Origin: Halobacteriales archaeon
GTDB lineage: Archaea; Halobacteriota; Halobacteria; Halobacteriales; Halorutilaceae
Length of the DNA stretch: 32,000 nucleotides
NCBI GenBank assembly: GCA_046545855.1
Contig: JBKGYY010000001.1
Location: forward strand, 28,305-60,304
Direction of reading: 5' to 3'
The position numbers and the translations under genes are program-made. Shown here in pieces: positions 27,361-32,000 of this stretch. The first letter of the stretch is position 1, and every line of letters starts with the position of its first letter. Below the pieces are notes generated by a model, which saw nothing but the letters and a program-made list of their open reading frames with translations, was not told the DNA's origin and ran no database searches.

Positions 27361-27403
27361 CTTGACCGTAAGTAAACCCCACTAGGTTAAAAGGTTTTGG
27401 AGG

Positions 27404-27781
27404 CTAGACGTCGACGTCGTCGTCCGGCTCCACCTCGCGCTTCATCGACTCACGTCGGCTCTTGGCGTCCCGGCCCGTGACCTCCTCCAGGAAGTCGTTC
27501 TTCGCCTCGCGCGCCGCCCCGGCTTCGTCGAGCAAGCCCTCCTCCTGTATCGTCTCGAGGTCCTTCTCCTCGAAGTGCACCGCAAGCTGGTCCTTGCCCG
27601 ACGTCTCCTTGACGCCGGCGAGCACTCGGTCGAACACCATCGTGTCCTCGACGACGTACATCTCCACGCCGTCCATCGTCTCGGTGCCCGACACCTCGCC
27701 GAAGTACTCCTCGAACTTCGCCTTCAGGTCTGGCACGCGTTCCTCGAGGTACTCGCCCCGTCGCATCTTGTAACTGCGCAT
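27404..27781 (-). CDS. Conserved-looking hypothetical protein, acidic and cytoplasmic (function unknown)
   Basis: 125 aa from ATG 27781 (MRSYKMRRGEYLEERVPDLKAKFEEYFGEV...). GTG 27787 is an alternative start. Codon bias matches the genome, and I recognise no catalytic motif. Confidence 0.55.
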   Translation of the reverse strand: MRSYKMRRGEYLEERVPDLKAKFEEYFGEVSGTETMDGVEMYVVEDTMVFDRVLAGVKETSGKDQLAVHFEEKDLETIQEEGLLDEAGAAREAKNDFLEEVTGRDAKSRRESMKREVEPDDDVDV

Positions 27782-27824
27782 GCCCACCGTATGGACGGCC
27801 CGACAAAGTCGTTTGCGTTCGAAC

Positions 27825-28271
27825 TCAGGCGCGCCCGAGGTAGCCTCCGCCGCACTCGGGACAGACGTCGCCCTCCCTCAGGCTCGTGTCCGCCGACCCG
27901 AAGCCGCACTCCGGACACCTGTATAGCGGGTCGGCGTCTCCCGCGGGCGCCTGGTTCTCGACGACCACGGCGTCGTCCGATCGCGACGGAGGCGCATCCG
28001 TCGTCACGTCGGCCTCACGCCGGCCTCCGGACGACGACTCGGTCGCGGAGTCTCCGGACGTCGTCTCTGCCCTACGGTCTCCGTCCGAACCGCCTTCAGG
28101 TTCCGTCGACCTTACCTCGGTGTTCTCGCTCACCGTGCGGTGCTCGCCACATCGCTCGCACACCCGGTACTCCACCTCGGTGACCGCCACCTCTCCTCGG
28201 GACTCCTCCGTCGAACGCCGGCTCCTCACGTCGCTCCACGAGTGACCCGTGAGCGAGCACCTGATTCCCAT
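27825..28271 (-). CDS. Double zinc-ribbon protein with a disordered Ser/Thr/Asp/Glu-rich linker
   Basis: 148 aa. N-terminal C-x4-H...CERCGEH, and C-terminal YRCPECG...CPECGG (two CPxCG knuckles). A minus-strand TATTTTG box (28298-28304) lies about 30 nt upstream of ATG 28271. Confidence 0.6.
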   Translation of the reverse strand: MGIRCSLTGHSWSDVRSRRSTEESRGEVAVTEVEYRVCERCGEHRTVSENTEVRSTEPEGGSDGDRRAETTSGDSATESSSGGRREADVTTDAPPSRSDDAVVVENQAPAGDADPLYRCPECGFGSADTSLREGDVCPECGGGYLGRA

Positions 28272-28312
28272 CGAGGGTACGGACGGCGGCGGCCACCAAA
28301 ATACCTGTGGCT

Positions 28313-28435
28313 CTACACCGGGTCGCTGCAGTCACGGAGGAAGCCGCAGTTTAGACACCGGATCTCGCAGTGATGTCTCACGACGTCTCCGCCGCAGAGC
28401 GGACATCGCGCGCTGTCTTCGGAGTCGTAGCCCAC
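28313..28435 (-). CDS. Unlisted 40-aa CPxCG-type zinc-finger micro-protein
   Basis: My translation of the minus strand from GTG 28435: (M)GYDSEDSARCPLCGGDVVRHHCEIRCLNCGFLRDCSDPV*. The CPLCG and CLNCG knuckles are 12 residues apart. The GTG lies 27 nt from the AT-rich element 28459-28466. It falls below the track cutoff. Confidence 0.45.
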   Translation of the reverse strand: MGYDSEDSARCPLCGGDVVRHHCEIRCLNCGFLRDCSDPV

Positions 28436-28458
28436 GTGACGACGTTATCTCGCAAGCC

Positions 28459-28466
28459 CTATTACT
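28459..28466. promoter_or_regulatory. Single central TATA-like element shared by divergent thrS and the zinc-finger micro-ORF
   Basis: CTATTACT (plus) / AGTAATAG (minus) is the only AT-rich element in the 52-nt spacer. It is centred 26 nt from thrS ATG 28488 and 27 nt from GTG 28435. Confidence 0.45.
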
Positions 28467-28487
28467 CCTCCGCGGAAACCAGACGCC

Positions 28488-30311
28488 ATGAAGCTGTTGC
28501 TGATACACTCGGACTACATAGAGTACGAGGCGCGGGATTCCACGCCCGTCGCCGAGTCCGAGGACGACGTAGCTCTCGCGGGAGGCGCCGAGGAAGCTCT
28601 CGTCGTCTTCACGGCCGTCGAGTCGTCCGACAGCGAGGACCTCGACGACGTCGTAGGGTCCGCGGTCGCCGAGGTCGTCGACGTAGCCGGCGAGCTAGGC
28701 GTCGAAGCCGTGGTCGTCTACCCCTACGCACATCTCTCTGAAGACCTGTCCGACCCCGACGTGGCCGTCGAAGCCCTCCGCGGTATGGCGGACGCGCTCG
28801 AGGACGAAGGCTACTCGGTGAGCCGGGCTCCGTTCGGCTGGTACAAGCGGTTCGAGCTAAGCTGCAAGGGCCACCCGATGTCCGAGCTAAGCCGCTCGAT
28901 AGAGCCCATCGAGGTCGACGGCGAAGACGAGGAACGCGAGAGACCTCCGAGCACCTACCACGTCCTCACCACGGAAGGCAGCCGATTCGACGCCGGGGAG
29001 TACGAGGGCTCCCGGGAGCTAGAGATGCTCGTCGACGACGAGATAGGCGAGGGAGGCGGCGACGGCCGCGAACCCGCTCACATCGACCTGATGCGCGACA
29101 AGGAGTTCGTGGGCTACGACGGCCTGAGCGACCCAGGCAACCTCAGGTGGTACCCCAGGGGTAAACGCGTCCGTGACCTCCTGATAGACTACGTCGACGA
29201 ACTCGTCGTCGACTACGGAGGTATGCCGGTCGAGACACCCATCATGTACGACCTCGGCGCTAGCTGCATACACGAGCACAGCGACAAGTTCGGTGAACGC
29301 CAGTACAGGTTCGAGAGCGGGAGCAAGCAGCTGATGCTGCGTTTCGCCGCGTGCTTCGGTCAGTTCAGCATCATGCGAGACATGCACATCTCTGACGCCG
29401 ACCTACCGCTCCGGATATACGAGATGTCGACCTACAGCTTCCGGCGTGAACAACGAGGCGAGCTATCCGGGCTCAGACGGCTGAGGGCGTTCACGATGCC
29501 CGACATGCACACGGCGTGCCGCGACTTAGAGCAGGCGAAAGACGAGTTCGCTCGGCAGGCGGAGCTAGCGCTAGACTCCGCCGACGATTTCGAGATAGAG
29601 TACGCCGCCGTCCTCCGGGTCACCGAGGAGTTCGCGGAGCGACACGGCGACTGGATGGAGGAGTTCGTCGCAGACATCGACCGGGACGTGCTCGTCGAGG
29701 TGCTGCCCGAACGCCTACACTACTGGAGCGCCAAGATAGATCTAGCGTACGTCGCCTCCGACGGAACCGTGATGGAGAACCCGACGGTCCAGATAGACGT
29801 CGAGTCCGCCGAGCGCTTCGATGTAGAGTACCACGACGACGAAGGCACTCACGAGCCCGTCGTACTCCACTACAGCCCTACGGGGAGCATCGAAAGAGCG
29901 TTCGCCGCATTACTCGAGGACGCCGCGGAGAGCGACGTTCCGTCGCTTCCCGTCTGGCTGGCTCCGACCCAGGCGAGGTTCGTGCCCGTCGGCGACGAAC
30001 ACGTCGACCACTGTCTCGAGGTAGCGTCGAAGCTAGAGAGCGCGGGAGTCCGCGTCGACGTCGACGACCGCGGCGAGTCCGTCGGCGCCAGGATACGGAG
30101 GGCGGAGCAGGACTGGGTTCCCTACGTCGCCGTCGTGGGCGACGACGAAGTCGGAGGCGACGCGCTCGGAGTCCGCGTCCGCGAACGGGACGAGGAAGTC
30201 GAGATGACGGTAGACGAACTCGTCGACCGCGTGGACGAAGCAAGCCGAGGTCTGCCGCGCGGCGAACGCTACACCCCGGTTCTGTTGAGCGAGAAACCGA
30301 ACTTCGTGTAG
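28488..30311 (+). CDS. thrS: Threonine-tRNA ligase, archaeal type with N-terminal D-aminoacyl-tRNA-deacylase-like editing domain
   Basis: 607 aa. MKLLLIHSDYIEYEA is the hallmark N-terminus of the archaeal ThrRS editing domain. Class II core motifs are present (FRREQRGELSGLRRLRAFTMPDMH, HYSPTGSIERAF), and the C-terminal anticodon-binding domain has VWLAPTQARFVPV. Confidence 0.93.
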   Translation: MKLLLIHSDYIEYEARDSTPVAESEDDVALAGGAEEALVVFTAVESSDSEDLDDVVGSAVAEVVDVAGELGVEAVVVYPYAHLSEDLSDPDVAVEALRGMADALEDEGYSVSRAPFGWYKRFELSCKGHPMSELSRSIEPIEVDGEDEERERPPSTYHVLTTEGSRFDAGEYEGSRELEMLVDDEIGEGGGDGREPAHIDLMRDKEFVGYDGLSDPGNLRWYPRGKRVRDLLIDYVDELVVDYGGMPVETPIMYDLGASCIHEHSDKFGERQYRFESGSKQLMLRFAACFGQFSIMRDMHISDADLPLRIYEMSTYSFRREQRGELSGLRRLRAFTMPDMHTACRDLEQAKDEFARQAELALDSADDFEIEYAAVLRVTEEFAERHGDWMEEFVADIDRDVLVEVLPERLHYWSAKIDLAYVASDGTVMENPTVQIDVESAERFDVEYHDDEGTHEPVVLHYSPTGSIERAFAALLEDAAESDVPSLPVWLAPTQARFVPVGDEHVDHCLEVASKLESAGVRVDVDDRGESVGARIRRAEQDWVPYVAVVGDDEVGGDALGVRVRERDEEVEMTVDELVDRVDEASRGLPRGERYTPVLLSEKPNFV

Positions 30312-32000
30312 TCAGGGAGCGACTCGCGCGAGACGCATGGCGTTCAGGGTGACCGCGAGGCTCATACCCATGTCGCCTAAGACGACGGCGAGCGCCACCG
30401 AGACTAAGCCGAAGGGCACGCCGACGGCTAGCGCGAGCTTGACCGCGAGGCTGCTCCAGACGTTCTCGCGTATAACGGAGTTCGAACGCCGCGAGAGCTC
30501 CAGGAGGTAAGGCAGCCTGCCTACGTCGTCACCCATCAACGCGACGTCGGCTGTCTCGATTGCGGCGTCGCTGCCGGCGGCCGCCATCGCTATCCCGACG
30601 TCGGCGGCGGCGAGCGCGGGCGCGTCGTTGACTCCGTCGCCGACCATCGCGACCACTCCGTCGTGCTTCAGTCTCTCTATGGCGTCGACCTTTTCCTCCG
30701 GAAGTAGCTCGGCCTCGTAGCTAGTTATCCCGACGTCGTCGGCGACTGAGCGTGCCACGGCTTCGTCGTCGCCCGTCAACAAGACGACGTCGCGCACTCC
30801 GAGAGCCCGGAGGCGTTCGACGGTCTCGGCTGCCTCGACGCGTACTTCGTCTGCGAAGCCCACTGCTCCGACGGCGACGCCGTCGCGTGCGACGACCACC
30901 GACGACACGCCTCGTTCCGAGAACTCGTCGAGAGCGTCTTCGAGCGACCGACCTTCGAGTGCGACGGAGAGATCGACGTCGAGTTCGTCCATCCACTCGG
31001 GGCTGCCGACGTAGACGGCTTCGCCGTCGACGGTGGCTTCGACACCCCTGCCCGAGCGGCTGACGACGTCTTCGGCGGCGGAGAACGCGAGGCCGCGGGA
31101 GCGGGCTTCCTCGGTCAGCGCCCTGGCGAGCGGATGCTGGCTTCGGGTCTCGACGGCCGCCGCGAGGGCGAGCGCGTCGTCTCCGCCGACGACGTCGTCG
31201 ACGGCGGGTTCGCCGTACGTGAGAGTCCCCGTCTTGTCGAGAGCGACGACGTCGACGTCGCCGAGTCGCTCGAGGTGGTCGCCTCCCTTGACGAGCACGG
31301 CGTTGCGTGCGGCCGCCGTCAAGCCGCTCGCAACCGAGACGGGCGTCGATATCACGAAGGCGCAGGGGCACGCGATGACGACGAGGGTGAGACCTCGGAC
31401 GAACCAGACTCCGGGGTCGGCGTCGAACGCCAGCGGCGGGACCAGTACGGCGGTGACGGCTGCGGCGAGCACGGCGGGAGTGTAGATAGAAGCCAGTCTG
31501 TCGACGTATCTCTCGCGCTCGGTCTGCCGTGACTCGGCCTCGCGGACGAGCTCGACCACGCGCGCTATCGTCGACTCCCCCGCCGACTTCGTCGCGCGTA
31601 CTTCGATGGCGCCCTCCTGGTTGACGCTGCCTGCGTAGACGTCGTCGCCCGGGCCGACGTCCACGGGCATCGACTCGCCCGTGACCATCGAGGTGTCGAG
31701 CGCCGACGTTCCTGCTGAGACGACGCCGTCGACCGGCAGGCGTTCGCCGGGGTGGACGGAGACCTCGTCGCCCTCCCTGACTTGCTCGGCGTCGACCTCT
31801 CGTTCGCCTTCGTCCGTCACGAGCCGTGCTCGCTCGGGTCTCAGCTCCACGAGGTGCTTGAGCGAAGACCGGGTTCGGTCGACGCTGTATCTCTCGAGGA
31901 GTTCGGCGAAGCTGTAGAGCACGGCGAGCGTAGCGGCTTCGACGGGGTATCCGACGGCGACGGCGGCGACTACCGCCGTCCCCATCAGGAGGTCGACGTC
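30312..32000 (-). CDS. P1B-type heavy-metal-translocating ATPase (CPC type), partial; the N-terminus lies beyond the window
   Basis: CPC metal site VIACPCAFVISTP, phosphorylation site DKTGTLT, SQHPLARAL (HP motif) and the GDGVNDAPALAAADVGIAM hinge. The frame stays open to base 32000, so the M at 31985 is internal. Confidence 0.9.
   Translation of the reverse strand, partial: DVDLLMGTAVVAAVAVGYPVEAATLAVLYSFAELLERYSVDRTRSSLKHLVELRPERARLVTDEGEREVDAEQVREGDEVSVHPGERLPVDGVVSAGTSALDTSMVTGESMPVDVGPGDDVYAGSVNQEGAIEVRATKSAGESTIARVVELVREAESRQTERERYVDRLASIYTPAVLAAAVTAVLVPPLAFDADPGVWFVRGLTLVVIACPCAFVISTPVSVASGLTAAARNAVLVKGGDHLERLGDVDVVALDKTGTLTYGEPAVDDVVGGDDALALAAAVETRSQHPLARALTEEARSRGLAFSAAEDVVSRSGRGVEATVDGEAVYVGSPEWMDELDVDLSVALEGRSLEDALDEFSERGVSSVVVARDGVAVGAVGFADEVRVEAAETVERLRALGVRDVVLLTGDDEAVARSVADDVGITSYEAELLPEEKVDAIERLKHDGVVAMVGDGVNDAPALAAADVGIAMAAAGSDAAIETADVALMGDDVGRLPYLLELSRRSNSVIRENVWSSLAVKLALAVGVPFGLVSVALAVVLGDMGMSLAVTLNAMRLARVAP

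Noticed and set aside
1-32000. A search for CRISPR repeats, IS/transposase or integrase genes, toxin-antitoxin pairs, restriction-modification or other defence modules, and rRNA/tRNA genes.
   Set aside because: I saw no spaced direct-repeat array, no terminal inverted repeats, no recombinase-like ORF and no RNA-gene signatures in any spacer over 100 nt. Every large ORF is accounted for by housekeeping or respiratory functions. The window therefore looks like core chromosome rather than an accessory or defence island.

Overview
The window is GC-rich, and its proteins are strongly acidic (rich in Asp and Glu). RNA polymerase B is split into B''/B', and the FolC-FolP and PurN-PurH fusions are present. 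Together these point to the core chromosome of a haloarchaeon (Halobacteria-like), not an accessory island. I can support 27 conventional protein genes plus 2 micro-ORFs below the 60-aa cutoff of the ORF track.

Gene content, in order:
- The RNA polymerase block: tail of a probable rpoB2, then rpoB1, rpoA1 and rpoA2. It is followed unusually by pus10.
- An acyl-CoA synthetase, a small wHTH protein, guaB, an Mrp/ApbC Fe-S carrier, a SIMPL/DUF541 secreted protein, argS and the proteasome ATPase pan.
- A translationally coupled purNH-folCP pair.
- An overlapping bdbC(dsbB-like)-ksgA-hemK-like operon, divergent from a membrane-anchored DsbA-like CPHC oxidoreductase.
- A coxB-coxAC(I+III fusion)-coxD terminal oxidase operon.
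- A same-strand block of five small uncharacterised proteins (26.6-28.4 kb).
- thrS and a partial CPC-type P1B heavy-metal ATPase.

I found no rRNA, tRNA, CRISPR array, transposase, integrase or recognisable defence gene. The many long alternate-frame ORFs in the track are Arg/Ser/Pro-rich shadows of real genes, as expected for high-GC DNA.

Expression signals follow a clear pattern. First genes have an AT-rich TATA-like box about 25-28 nt upstream of the start codon, which implies leaderless mRNAs. Genes internal to operons have GGAGGTGA-type Shine-Dalgarno sites or overlapping stop/start codons.

I see no strong evidence for a new multi-gene system. The observations most worth follow-up are:
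- an unusual codon signature, with ATA as the dominant Ile codon despite high GC;
- the uncharacterised zinc-finger / ArsR-coiled-coil / micro-protein block beside thrS, including an unlisted 40-aa CPxCG zinc-finger ORF that shares one central TATA element with thrS;
- the extracytoplasmic disulfide module fused into the ksgA operon next to the oxidase genes;
- a promoter-plus-hairpin candidate small RNA at about 19.92-20.02 kb;
- a PurN-like domain with apparently deviant substrate-loop and catalytic residues.

All functional calls rest on motif recognition by eye. No database search was run.
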